From Eledone cirrhosa (Eukaryota): a stretch of 64,000 bases of DNA. Numbering within the stretch: the stretch's first letter is position 1; the number at the start of each line of letters is the position of its first letter. The position numbers and the translations under genes are program-made. The stretch lies in contig OZ024740.1 of assembly GCA_964016885.1 (NCBI GenBank), forward strand, positions 58,900,001 to 58,964,000. Direction: 5' to 3'. A model generated the notes under the pieces. The model ran no database searches. It was not told where the DNA came from and saw only the letters and a program-made list of their open reading frames with translations. Positions 39,725 through 53,215 of this stretch are shown in pieces.

Positions 39725-41822
39725 ACAAAGGACAAGAGCACCTTGTAAATCTCAAGAACACAATTTCTAACCTAAATTCCTCAAAAAATGTTTTAGTCCA
39801 CTCTGACAAAACCAATAACTTATATGGTATTTCCAAGGATAATTATAACAACCTTATCCTAAAGGAACTTATGAAAAAGTATCGTAAAACCAACCATGAA
39901 AATTTAGAATACATAAACCTCTGAGATTATGTCAAAACTTGGCATTGAAAAAAAGACCGAACCATTCCTCCCAAGAACTCCGAGGATAAATCTCAAGGAT
40001 CACAAAAACAATTTTCGCACTGAACTACCTGTTAGATTAATCGCCCCCTCTAAATCTGATCTGGGGGTTGTTAGTAAAGCCATCTTGGATAGAATTATCC
40101 CACAGGTTAGTTCTAATTGCTCTTCTTTGAACCTAAATTTATGGTTTGGTACTTCTGAAGTGATTGGCTGGTTCAACAAATTGGATAATAAAAACAAACT
40201 AAAATTTATTCAATTTGATATTGCCAGCTATTTCGCCTTCACTTCTCAATAATGCTCTATCTTTCGCACTTAAATATTCTGACATCACCACAGATGAACT
40301 TCACATCATCCTCACCGCACGTAAAACCATCCTAGAGTTCAACAACGAATATTGGACCAGAGCCGATACCTCTAACAACTTCGACATCACAATGGGAGCA
40401 TCCGATTCATCCCAATTGACTGATTTAATTGGTATCTTTATTTTGAACTCTTTGAGTCGGAAAATTCCTCAACTTCGCAGTGGAATTTATCGTGACGATG
40501 GACTCTTTACTATCTTAAATTGCAATATAGTTAACCTTAATATTATTAAGAACAATATACGTAATCTCTTTAACCAACATAACCTAAAAATTGAATTTGA
40601 TAATAGTATCAAACTAGCTAATTTCTTGGATGTATCTCTTAATCTTGACACTGGCCTATATTACCCTTACCATAAAAACAATGAGAACCTAAATTATGTT
40701 AACTTTAAATTTAACCATCCTACCAATATCAAGAATGCTATAATTAGTAATATTGGAAAAAGAATATCTAACATATCTTCTAATAAAAACATCTTTGATG
40801 CTAACGCCAATTACTATAATAACGCACTTTCTAAAGCCGGTTATCCAGATAAAATCAAATATAGTAAAGAAACAAATTCTAGAAAAACTTACAGTAGAAT
40901 AATTAATCATGATCATTCCAATAACTTTAATAAAAGACCTAGATACAAAAACATAATCTGGTATAATGCTCCTTTCTCCATCTCTATTAATAACAATATT
41001 CCTAAATTATTTTTTAGTGCCTTAAATAAATGCTTCCCTCCCTCACATATCTATAGAAAAATATTTAACAAACACACCATAACATTTTCTTATTCTACAT
41101 CCTCCAATATTTCCAACATTATCTCTAAATACAACAATAAAATACTAAATACTAAATCTCTTCCTTCCAACATTGAATTTCATAATAACAATAATAGTAC
41201 TCCCGACGTCATTGTAAACCCTAGGCTAACTTCTGTAAACCCAAATACAACGTCAAACACAACTTCGCTAAATGTTCATAATCCAACTCTAAATCAAGAA
41301 ACTATTATTCCTATTATTCCTATCGCAAACAACTTCTCCAATCCAATTCCTTCTATAGATAACACTAGGTCACTCATTAATAATCTCTCTAATTGCAACT
41401 GCCGCATTAAAAATAAATGTCCTCTCAACAACCATTGTCTTGATAAAAACTTAATTTATGAATGTAAAGTTATAACTAGCACCAATTCCTTCACCTATTT
41501 TGGCTCCACTTCCACCTCTTTTAAAGCTCGTCTCTATAATCACCATTCATCTTTTAAATACAAACTTAAAAGAACCAACACGGCTCTCTCAGAACTCATA
41601 TGGTCCTTGAAAGACAAAAACATTAAATATACCATCTTTTGGAAGAAGGTTTCTTCTGCGTCCTCATACTTGAACAGCTCTCTATCTAAAATCTGTAATC
41701 TCTGCCTAAATGAAAAATTTACCATTATCTCTAATCTAGATTCTATAATAAATAGACGTACAGATTTGTTTTCTATCTGCTTGCATAAATTCCATAGGAC
41801 TTTTCACAAAGTATACAGCTAA
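39725..41822 (+). pseudogene. PLE reverse transcriptase-GIY-YIG ORF, 5'-truncated, with two frameshifts
   Basis: Three consecutive frames: SDKTNNLY; INLKDHKNNF..RLIAPSKSDLG..QFDI; PAISP..TMGASDS..YRDD..GIY-YIG. Shifts near 39925 and 40225; open from ~40225 to 41822. Confidence 0.9.
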
Positions 41823-42099
41823 TATTCAATTCTTTATCAATTTAGAATCTTTTCTCAAAGGCACACATACATACACCTCTTTAAAATATACCCATCTTCC
41901 TACCTTACTTCAAAGGGCATTATACACTCTATAATACTTGTTTACTCATTACCCTCATTCTATCTTCACCTTGTAAAATCCTTCATAACATATACATTTG
42001 TTGTTTTGACGTTAGAATATTCATCCGCAATTATTATTATTTTTTCTCTCCATCATCAAACTTTTTAATCTCAATACATTAACTCCCTCTCCTTCTTTT

Positions 42100-42960
42100 G
42101 ACGCTAGAATATTCATCCTTAATTTATTATTTTTTTCTCCCCATCATCTAACTCATTCTTAATACATATTAACTCTTTCTTCGCACATATTATCAATTCC
42201 TTCAATGTACAAACCATAACTTCACATTATTTTTCTCAAATCCTCCAATACACAAACCGTAATAATTTTTTAATGCATATTAACTCTTTCTTCGCACATA
42301 TTATCAATTCCTTCAATATACAAACCTTAACTTCACATTATTTTTCTCAAATCCTTCAACACACAAACCTTAATAATTTTTTTCTCTTCGTTAATTTTGA
42401 AATTGCCATAATACTTATAAACATACACCTTTTTGACGTTAGAATATTCATCCGCAATTATTATTTTTTCTCTCTATCTTCAAACTTTTTAATCTCAATA
42501 CATATCAACTCCCTCTCTTTCCTCGTACATATTTTTCCCTTCGTTAATTTTCAAATTCTTTTAATTTATACATTATCTTCCAACGGTTTTCAACCTCTCT
42601 ATGTAAAACAATATATCTTTTCTCAGTTATAAAAACTATCTCTTTCTCTCTATCACCCATCTCTCCCTCTCCACCTTCACTCTCATCTCCTCCCCTTTTT
42701 TCATCCTTTCCACCCCCCCTCTCTAAATAAAATATTTTTTCCTCGTACATATTTTTCCCTTCGTTAATTTTCAAATTCTTTTAATTTGTACATTATCTTC
42801 CAACGGTTTTCAACCTCTCTATGTAAAACAAAATATCTTCTCTCAGTTATAAAAACTATCTCTTTCTCTCTATCACCCATCTCTCCCTCTCCACCTTCAC
42901 TCTCATCTCCTCCCCTTTTTTCATCCTTTCCCCCCCCCTCTCTAAATAAAATATTTTTCC
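42100..42960 (+). repeat. Internal tandem duplications (~115 bp and ~231 bp) in the PLE 3' UTR
   Basis: TTCCTCGTACATATTTTTCCCTTCG at ~42519 and ~42739-42763; CATATTAACTCTTTCTTCGCAC at ~42165 and ~42276; mirrored in the left arm. Confidence 0.8.
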
Positions 42961-43053
42961 CAATATCACACATCAATCTAAAACTACTTTTCATATGTTG
43001 ATTTAAAACTGCACTATCCACAAGTGTTTTTTAGCCTTCATATCATGTCCTCC

Positions 43054-43124
43054 TGTTTTATCTGATGAAAACACAAATATTATTGCATGATGATGTTTGT
43101 TTTTGAAATGCGCATAATAAAATA
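43054..43124 (+). ncRNA. Type I hammerhead ribozyme (PLE 3' pseudo-LTR)
   Basis: TGTTTTAT-CTGATGA-AAACACAAATATTAT..ATGATGTTTGTTTTT-GAAA-TGCGCA-TA-ATAAAATA; palindromic ATGCGCAT stem III. Confidence 0.8.
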
Positions 43125-43241
43125 CATGGAACCATCTTTTGATCTTATATATTATGTATACTCCAGTCCTACAAACTGTAGAGTGCTTCTTATCCGATAT
43201 CTGCATTGCTTTATTGTACTACAATAAAACTCACCTCCTAC

Positions 43242-43411
<170 letters not shown>

Positions 43412-43599
43412 CATATATCATCATCATCATCATCATCATCATCGTTTAACGTCCATTTTCCACGCTAGCATGGGTCTGGACGGGAATTGTCCCACTTGAG
43501 GCAAGATTGGTTGTCTTGCTCAGGACTGTCTGGCAGGTTTTCTACGGCTGGATGCCCTTCCTAACACCACCCACGTTTACCGTGTGGACTGGGAGGTTT

Positions 43600-43631
<32 letters not shown>

Positions 43632-43633
43632 TA

Positions 43634-43677
<44 letters not shown>

Positions 43678-44180
43678 TATATACATATATATATGTATAT
43701 ATATATATATATATATACATGATGACTTGGGATGAGGTGATAAAAGCCGACCTTACCCAACTACACCTCTCAAAGTCAATGACACACGACCGTGACTTCT
43801 GGCGTCACGCAGTAATACAGGGTACCCGACCTCCCATGGGTACATGCTGAAGCATATAAACAATACGCCCCCCCCCCTCCACCGCAAGGTGGTCGTGGAG
43901 GTGCCACGGCAAAAAAGCACCCAGCCCGCACTGTAAAGTGGACGTGTAGGCGCCACGAAAAAGCACCCAGCACTCACTGTAAATGAGGTTGGTGTTAGGA
44001 AGGGCATCCAGCTGTAGAAATCAAGCCAGATCAGTTCCTGTATGAGCAAGGCATGGTCAGCCGACCAGACACTGCCCACAACAGGACAACCCGTCTAACC
44101 CATGCTAGCGTGGAAGAACGGACGTAAAACGGTGATGATGATGATGATGATGATATATATATATATATATATATATACAT

Positions 44181-45139
44181 ATTGGTAAACGGAATAGAAA
44201 ATGCTGACAAATTGTTCACAGTTGAAAAATGGTTTAATTAGGAATAAAAGAGTATTAGTAATTGTATGGGTTAGTATTCAGTTGTGGTTTTAAGTTTTTA
44301 AGTTTTTACCGGTTGCGCATTTCTAAATGCTTTCAAAAATAGTTTTGAGATAGAGTGTCCGTGTTGTTTGCTCTGATCTGATTAGTTTTGGGAATTCTAC
44401 CTGTTTTTATGTTAAAAAACTGGCTCCAGCGCTACTTTGGTGTTGCAAAAATTCTTGTGGTCAAAACAATTTTTATTGGTCGGGAGAGGTCATGTGAATG
44501 TAAAAACTTGATTTTGCGCCAAGACTGTTTTTATGTTAAAAAAGTGACTCCAGCGCTACTTGGTGTTTGCAAAAATTCTTGTGGTCAAAACAATTTTGAT
44601 TGGTCGGTAGAGGTCATGTGAATAAAAAATTGGTTTTGCGCCAAGATTGAGAAATGACTCTTTCACAACAAATATGTGTGTGTGTGTGTGTGTGTAGTAG
44701 TAGTAAGGTGTTCGATGTTGTGATAATGGTTAGCAGGGATGTGTGTCAAATGGCTATTAAGATAAGTGTGTGTGTGTGTGTGTGTGTGTATATAGCAGAG
44801 TAATTCGTGGTAGCAGGGATGGTCAGTAAGAATGTGTCTGAAAACAAGGGGGGTATTTTAGCATGTCAAAAGATATTTTTCAGCTTTTGTCTTATACGTG
44901 AAGTGCGTGTGTGTGTGTGTGTATAAGTCTCTTTGTATGTTAATGTACGCGTGTGTATGTGTGTGTGTATATATGTGTGTGTGTGTGTGTGGGTGGACCA
45001 GTATTTTTTTCCCCCTGGTAAAATGGTGTACATTATTCGATTTTTTCAGTAAAATCGGTTCTCTTAATAGAACATCAAAAATCTTAACAATAAAAGGTGT
45101 GAAATGATATTCACTATATATATATACACATACATATAT

Positions 45140-45193
<54 letters not shown>

Positions 45194-45532
45194 TTTTTTT
45201 GTGTTGCACCATAGAGCATGTGTGTTTACGTATGTCATTGTGTTTATATGTGGGTAGAGATGTGTGCTGATGTAGGTATGTATGTTGACGTGTGTATGTT
45301 GTGGGTTCGTCTTAGGGAGAAGTGTTTAGACGGGGTCTGTATTTGTTAATGAAGTAAGATTCCTTGCTGATGCGCTGGGTGTGGGTGGCATTTTCTTTAA
45401 ATTTGTAGAGGGGAAAAACTTAAAACCACAACCGAATACTAACCCATACAATTACTAATACTCTTTTATTCCTAATTAAACCATTTTTCAACTGTGAACA
45501 ATTTGTCAGCATTTTCTATTCCGTTTACCAAT
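44181..45532. mobile_element. Element bounded by ~119-bp inverted repeats in (TA)n, probably a PLE remnant
   Basis: 44181-44299 is the reverse complement of 45414-45532 (1 mismatch seen); minus-strand GAAATGCGCA next to the left repeat; internal ~130-bp duplication 44405-44650. Confidence 0.55.
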
Positions 45533-45579
45533 ATATAATAACTTGTGTGTTACACCTCTATTCTTTTAACTATATATAC

Positions 45580-45713
<134 letters not shown>

Positions 45714-45720
45714 ACATATA

Positions 45721-45807
<87 letters not shown>

Positions 45808-45815
<8 letters not shown>

Positions 45816-46104
45816 GAAAACACAGGTAAGCATTAAGAGAAGGATTTTATCCAGGTATTTACGACTGTTTCATTGGTAAGTGCAACCTTATATTGCTATA
45901 CTGCAAATAGCAGCCACTCAATTATAATTGATGTTCACAGTCCAAATTTTCAATTGACTATTTTGAAAATTTGGACTGTGAACAACAATTATAATTGAGT
46001 GGCTGCTATTTGCAGTATATATAAGGTTGCACTTACCAATGAAACAGTCGTAAATACCTGGATAAAATCCTTCTCTTAATGCTTACCTGTGTTTTCTCTT
46101 TTAT
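45808..46104. repeat. ~297-bp fold-back palindrome next to (TA)n, carrying the 3' half of an HHR-like motif
   Basis: Arms 45808-45953 and 45963-46104; GAAAC-AGTC-GTA at ~46041. Confidence 0.8.
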
Positions 46105-46285
46105 ACTTTATACTCCAAGATTGAATGGAATTCTTACAAACTTGTGGAGTTACCCCTAACCGTACGTTGAAACCATCCATGAAACTGGCTTTCTTAACCA
46201 AAAACTGGATCACAATAAGCAATTTTTTGCTTCTCTAACTATATATATATATATATGTGTATATACATATATATATATATATATA

Positions 46286-46378
<93 letters not shown>

Positions 46379-48099
46379 ATTAACCAAGCATGGGAAAATG
46401 GATGATAATGATATATATATATACTGTAAATAAATCTTTTACTCCAATAAAGATATTATTTTGACATGCAATTATGGCTTCCTCAGCTTCTCATATACCA
46501 AATAGGACAGTAAATTAATTCAGTATTTATATCACAACTATCTGCTTAAATCACAGAAGCCCAAACAACAGAGTAGTTTTCTCACTTGAAGTAAATAATA
46601 AAAATAACAATGATTTGTTCTTAATTTGGCAGAAGGATGAGGTAGATATAGTTAATTTAATTCACTCCAATATTTGGCCAGTATTTTTTAGATCGATCTG
46701 GGAAAATTGAGAGGCAACATCGATTGTGTAGGCTTAAAACTCACAACTAAATGTGACATGGCATTTAACCAGGTTTACAACTTCATCATCCAAATGAAAT
46801 TAACCCTTTTCTTACCACATTTCTAATGAAAGACATTGCTTATGATTTTCAAATAATTTTGAAAATAATCTCGTATTTGGAAAGATTTAATAAAATAAAT
46901 AACTTTTTCATCAAGCTATTGTTTGGAACATAGTCTAACATTGGTTCTTAAATAAAATTATAATGTAAATTTTTTAGATAAGTATAAACAATTTTGCATC
47001 ATAGAACTGAAGGCAATACCAGAGAGATAAAGGTTAATAATTTTTATATCTATGAAAACAAAGCCACTAATTAAAGAAGGAGATGTCAGTTTGTTAATTA
47101 TACTGGACAACAAAGAATTTCCATTGGAGATGATTTAGGGATGGATCAGAAAACATTTTTATGCTAATTTCAAAATTGTCTTTGTTTTTCTACTAGCAAG
47201 CATAATTTTTTAGATGAGACTTATCATTATTTATAATTATATTTGAAATGTATTTGAATTTCGTATTACTAAAGAAATATGGTATGTTTATAAATAAACA
47301 TTTAGAAAGACATAGCTATGAAAAACACTGGCAACTAATGTCACCAAGGGGTGCTCGACAGAAGCAAAGGGGACAATCATCGATGCATTTCAAACTCAAC
47401 TGGTTCTCATCAGGATGACCCCTCCCACTCTTGCAACTTTGAAAACAGGCAAAAATATATAGTTATTTCATCTGTGTAAATGAGGTGATTAATCTCATTT
47501 GTATATGAAGCTGTATAAGTTGGCTCAACTTATAATAGAATAGAATTAGAATTTAGCTTCGAACATAGCTGTATACAAATATTTAGTACTATTTAGAATA
47601 TTTGCTCAGACTATTCCCATTTAATCAGCATACCTCATGAATTTAGAAATTATCTAAATTCTGTTCTGCTATATTTCCAACTAAGTCATAGCAATGAGCT
47701 ATCAGAATCAATGTCATGAAATTATACCAGATGTACTTTAGTTGACATATAGGTGATCAAGACGTGGAACATTGAATCTGCTCGGCTTATTCAAATGGAC
47801 CACATGATTGGTTGAAGAAAAAAATATATAATTAATGCTTTTTGACACACCTATGACATGGAAAGAACAATGATAGCTATTTTTGTAGCATTTAAACCAG
47901 CTATATCTGTCCAGAATATTCTCCCCTCTTTGTGCTCAATCCAGTTGTAACCAGCTATTAATGCTGACATTAAGATATTGTTCTAAAAATAAACTATAAT
48001 GTCATCAAAATTTTATAGATTTGAGATTATACGAGATAAAGCCTTCACCAGGAATACACAATAGTAAATATAGTGAAATATGTGATAATACGTGTTGTT

Positions 48100-48670
48100 T
48101 TAACATTAGAAGGCAAGCACTGTACTGGCATGACAGTAGGTAGAAACTGAAAGAATCCACAATGGAACCACAGCAGCATTTGTGAGGCTCACAGATCCAG
48201 AGACTGAGCCTCGGAGAAACACTGATGTGCAAGTAGTTGCTGTCTAGCTGAGTGCCAGTCAAAAGTGATGGTACTATGTTGAGCCAAGTTGGGAAGTCAA
48301 GTGAAAACACCAGACAGTGCTAGTTGAGCCTCCACACCAGCTTCTTAGGTCATGTTGCACTGGATGGCATCCCATTTGTTTTGGGGGGACTGGACATCTA
48401 TGGAGGCGAGAGCGAAATGGATGTCTGCAGGGCAGAGACTGAGCTGGTTCCATGTTGCATTGGTCACCTTGCATTCCTTGATTACAGTATGTTCAGTTCT
48501 GTTGTGGAGGACACAGCAAGAGATCACCAATGAAAAATAAGCCAACAGAACCTGAGGTTGAAGATCAGAGACCAAGGTCAGTATACCTGATGGATAAAAA
48601 AAAAGTTGCCATCTGGTGTCATCAAACTGGTGTTGAGATCTGGAAGAGGAGATGCTTGGCTGTGGCATAT
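48100..48670 (-). mobile_element. Decayed CRE-type (RLE) non-LTR retrotransposon fragment
   Basis: WLNIVP..GTQLD..RLSLWICEPHKCCCGSIVD..LLSC zinc-knuckle region. Confidence 0.65.
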
Positions 48671-50619
48671 ACATATCTTAAAAAATTATAAATTTCTTTG
48701 AAATGTTTGTGCTCTTAGATTTCAACGATAGGTTTCAATTCCTAATATAGAGGAATCTTTATGTATATATGACAGAGGACTGCTTCAGATTTGACTGTAA
48801 ATTTATCTGAGTTCAAATCCCGCCGAGGTTAACTTTGCCTTTCATCCTTACGGGGTCGATAAAATAAAGTACCAGTAATACACTGGGTAATTGCTGGCCT
48901 TGTGCCAAAAGTAGAAACAATTATTATCTTTAGTATTGCTTATCTCAGATGTGTAAGTGTAAATAATTCTTTTTGTGCTTGCAATAGTTAAATGGTAAAA
49001 CAGGTGATACGATAGGTGGTGTCTATCAGTTTTGTTTTGCTTGTAGTCAAAATTTGCTCTGTTCCTTCTCTCAAAACTAACTCTTTGAATTTTTTTCCAT
49101 TATTCCCATTTTGTTTTCCTTCTTTCAACTGTTGAAAGAAATCATTTATCAAACAGCGCTACACGCAATTTTAAATTTATTACTTAAATATTATGACAAT
49201 TACTAAAGGGATTATTGACATTACCAGTCAAATACTGTTTTAAAATATCTGTATATGGGCATAATAACATCTTTAAGATGCCTCATATTCATTCACCTTC
49301 AGTGATCATAGGAATTGATGTCATCAGACTGTCCAATGTTCATTGGGGGATTTCAACCCACAATGGTTTGTTTTGTCAATTATAGTAGAATGAAAAGGCA
49401 ATAAAAACTAAAAGTCAACAATAATTCCGATCCCTCTTCAAGATCATTTGAATTGCTTGCATTAGAACTAATGGTTTCAGTTATAATTGGTCTATTTTTA
49501 ATGTACTTCATTTTCAAATTTTTTTTTAATTTTTAGTTTTCCACCTTATTATTTTAAAATGTTGAAAATGAGAGGTAACTAACTCTTACCAACTTTCAGA
49601 TCTCTTTGACTCCTATCAGTACTTGAATTAACTTGACTTGACTCTATTATGTCTTTCATAATGATTGTAGCTTTGTTTTTCTTTCATCTTCAATACACCA
49701 AACTCATGTTAAATATATTCAGGCTAATTTGCTGCTTCAAATAGTACAATTCTTTTTCTTTACACATTGCATTGTTTTATGATATAATAGAAATATTCAT
49801 GAATGTTTATGTGTGGATAAGAAGTTTTTTCCCTTTAATATTCTTGGGGTTTCCTGTAGAGTTCCTAAAGCTGACAGAGCTACTAAAATAGAAGGTTAGC
49901 TTTGACGAAAATTGAATGCTAACTTCTCTTCCAATGGATTACAAATGTAACTTTTGTAGTAAGATTGAATCAATATGTTAATAGAATTTCCTTAACAATA
50001 AGTGTAATTTTCCCCATTCACATGTGTAGATACTCTTAATTTATAGGAGATATTTGAGGTGAATATTTCCAATCTAATTAACTTTGTAATGACCATTTGT
50101 GGGAATATCTCTTGAAATCTAATATTTTCAACAATAAAATTTAGTTTTCTCCTGAGCAAAAATCTATTTCAACTCTAAGCAGTTACCATACACAGGATGG
50201 TGTACTGTTTGTCTTATAATGCTTTGATGTATGTCAAACATGTCTAATAATAAACTTTAACCCTTTAGTATTTACATTACTCTATATTTACTATTGTATT
50301 TTCACAGTAAAGGCTTTATCTCACATAATATCACACATAATATTGAATTTATGAGATTTTGATATTATTTATTTTGAGAACAATACCTTAACATCAGTAT
50401 GAGTGGCCAGTTACAGCCAATTTTAACAGAAAGAGGTGAGAGAATTCTGGTCAGATGCAGCTGGTTTAAATGCTAAAGGGTTTTAAACCTGAAAGAGCTT
50501 ACAACTAAAAACATCAACAACTTAACTTATCCAGCATAAAGGCTCAATGTATCTAGCTATTTGTTACTTGGTCATTTATCTGTTCATTTACTCAGCAGTA
50601 ATATTGATTTTTTTGTGCT

Positions 50620-51665
50620 TATCAAAATGGCTTCTGAAATTAGTGATACCGACTAAACTAACAGAAGTTTGAATGTTTTACTCACGAAGACTTGAAAATT
50701 GAAAAAAAATAAAGAAAATAACAGTGATTTGTCTTCGAATGAATCAGATATATATATATATTTCTGAAATTTTATCTGATGATGATTGTTATTTTGATAG
50801 TGAAAGTGAAGAAGATTTCCATGATGTCATTGAAAATATTACAGTGACATGGTCAAAGAACACAACACCAATATATATTCCTGATTTCATTGAAAAAACT
50901 GGTCCACAGCAAACTCTACCTCCCGATACTCAACCATTGGATTATTTCTTTTTCTTTTTGCAGAAGAAATAAATTGGTATGTCCAACAAATTATTTCTAA
51001 TCAGGAAAATATGATCTATTATGACGACTGACAGATGCTGCAGAAATTCGAGCATTTTTTACCATAAATATTATGTTTGATCATCATCATCACCATTTTA
51101 CGTCCGTTCTTCCATGCTAGCATGGGTTAGACAGGTTGCCTGTTGTGAACAGTGTCTGGTCAGCTGACCTTGTCTTGCTCATATGAGAACTGATTCTGGC
51201 TTGATTTCTACAGCTGGATGCCCTTCCTAACACCAACCTCATTTACAGTGAGTGCTGGGTGCTTTTTTGCCGTGGCACCTCCACGACCATTTTGCAGTGG
51301 GAGGGAGTGGGACATATTGTCTATATGTTTCAGCTTCGGTTTGTACTCGTGGGAAGTCGGGTCTTGTGTATTACTGCGTGATGCCAGAGGTATAAAACAA
51401 TTTCCAAGACTTGGAAAGACTTGAGTCAAAATATAAGCTATGGTGACCCTTATATATCAAGCATTATGCCTAAAACCAGGTTTTTTAATGAAACTACTAT
51501 TTGCACCTGGTTGATACTTCTAATGCTCCCGGTAGGAATGAAGCCCATTATGATCCTCTATATGATGTCCACCAAAAGCTTGAGTTATCATATGAGAAAT
51601 TTAAGACTGTGTATGTACCTGGAAAAATCTCAGCATTGTTGAAGCAATGATTGACTATAAGGGGG
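50620..51665 (+). pseudogene. piggyBac-type transposase relic interrupted by an RTE 3' fragment (51081-51385)
   Basis: Acidic N-terminus, F.EKTGP..P..QPLDYF, AEIRAFF, GIKQFP, IMPKTRF, YDPLY, EAMIDYKG; many frameshifts. Confidence 0.75.
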
Positions 51666-52619
51666 AGGCTGCTGGCCACTTTTTTCCATCTGTTGGAGTA
51701 TTTTACCTTATTTTTTAAGTTTATTGTTTATTGTAATTGACTGTTGCTACAGCTAATTTTTGTGTTTCGGATTCCTGTCTTCTAAAAAATATAAACTGTC
51801 ATATTTTAAAATCTAGACATGTTAGAGAAAACCCCAAGACTGATTTGGAATCAGTATAAAAAGCTTTCATTTTGCACAATTTTGCTAAAAACAAAATGCT
51901 GGAAAAACATAATCCCAGTGTATGGAAAATTTGTTCAAATTCAATACCTTTTAAAACTTCCCTCAACAAAAATTCCTTCCTTTAATGAATGTTGTTGCAT
52001 TTGCAAATTATTTAGAGGGGGACTGAAATCCTCCTAAATTGTGCTTTGCTGAGGTCTAATAAGTTTCAAACATATTCAGAATTGTCTCCCATGCTTGCCA
52101 AACAAAGAAAAATAATATCATTCAACAACTAATATTTTATAAAGGCAGGTGGTGCAAGTTTATTCACCAAACAAAGAGCCCAAATACAGATCCTTCTGTG
52201 ATGAAGTCACTGCAGCATTAAAGACTGAGTTATATATCCTGGAAGACTTCAGTGCATATGTTGGCACTGACCATCTGACATGGAAAGGAGTGATTGGAAG
52301 GTGTGGTTAGAAAAAGCTACCTCACTTACCGCTTTTCACAGGCGCGGCTAGATCCCATGGCTAGTTTCTCCTCTTCCACGTGCGTACAATCCAACTCGTT
52401 AACCGGGAGCTGCAAACCTGACGTCCACCACATTCCTGACCACCCTAGAGAGAGACCGACCTGCTGGCCCTTCCGGTCGAGCACCCTTCCAGCCAAGCAC
52501 TCTTCCGGTCAAGCACTCTTCCGATCGAGCACTCCCCAGCTTCCGGCCACCACACACTACACCATACCCACATGCCCCCCCCCCTGATCTCAAGGATCAA
52601 TTTCCCCCTCTTCCTTCTG

Positions 52620-53215
52620 CTTATGAAAGTCTGCTGTCCAGGTTGGTGGTTTGCGACTGCTTTGCGAAGTGGTTAAAGATGCTATCTGAGGAAAGAAGGA
52701 GGCTTACGGAGTTTAGCTTAGAAATAAGTTTTCCTTCCTGCCCTTACAGTACAAGAAGGCAGGAAAAGTTGCAGCAGAAACAGTAAAGGCATCTGAAGTT
52801 AAGACATGAGAAGACTTTGAGGTTAAGCTGGAATTCAACTTCAGATTGGCAAATAAAGTATTCTGGCAGACAATCCACTGTTACATTTAGTATCAGGAAT
52901 GCATCTGGGGTTCTTATCTCTTCAGTTAAGTGCATCCTTGTAAGGTAGAGGGAGTACTGAGCCAATCTCCTAAGCCCAGTCATGAAAGTATCTGGGAGCA
53001 ATGAAAACCTCTCAGAAGCTGAGATCACAAAAGCTATTTAAAAGCTCAAATGTGGCAAGGCTTCTGGGGAGGATGAAATCTGGCCCAAGTCATTAAAAGC
53101 CTTAAATAAAGAAGGTATACTCTGGTTGACTGATGTGTGCTGGGTGGCCTGGATCTCTGGCATGGCACCTAAGCAATGGTAGGAGTGATAATCCCAATTT
53201 TAAAAAAAGATAGTG
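52620..53215 (+). mobile_element. Decayed RTE LINE fragment (linker / RT N-terminus)
   Basis: ANKVFWQTI, KLKCGKASGEDEI.PKSLKAL, WLTDVCWVAW.SG..PKQW, VIIPILKK with stops. Confidence 0.7.

Larger units (their letters stand above)
36903..43241 (+). mobile_element. Penelope-like retroelement with ~2.8-kb inverted duplication (arms 36903-39724 and 40348-43153, spacer 39725-40347, unique 3' tail)
   Basis: Mirror ORFs on opposite strands; RT and GIY-YIG motifs; HHR at both outer ends; embedded in (TA)n. Confidence 0.93.
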
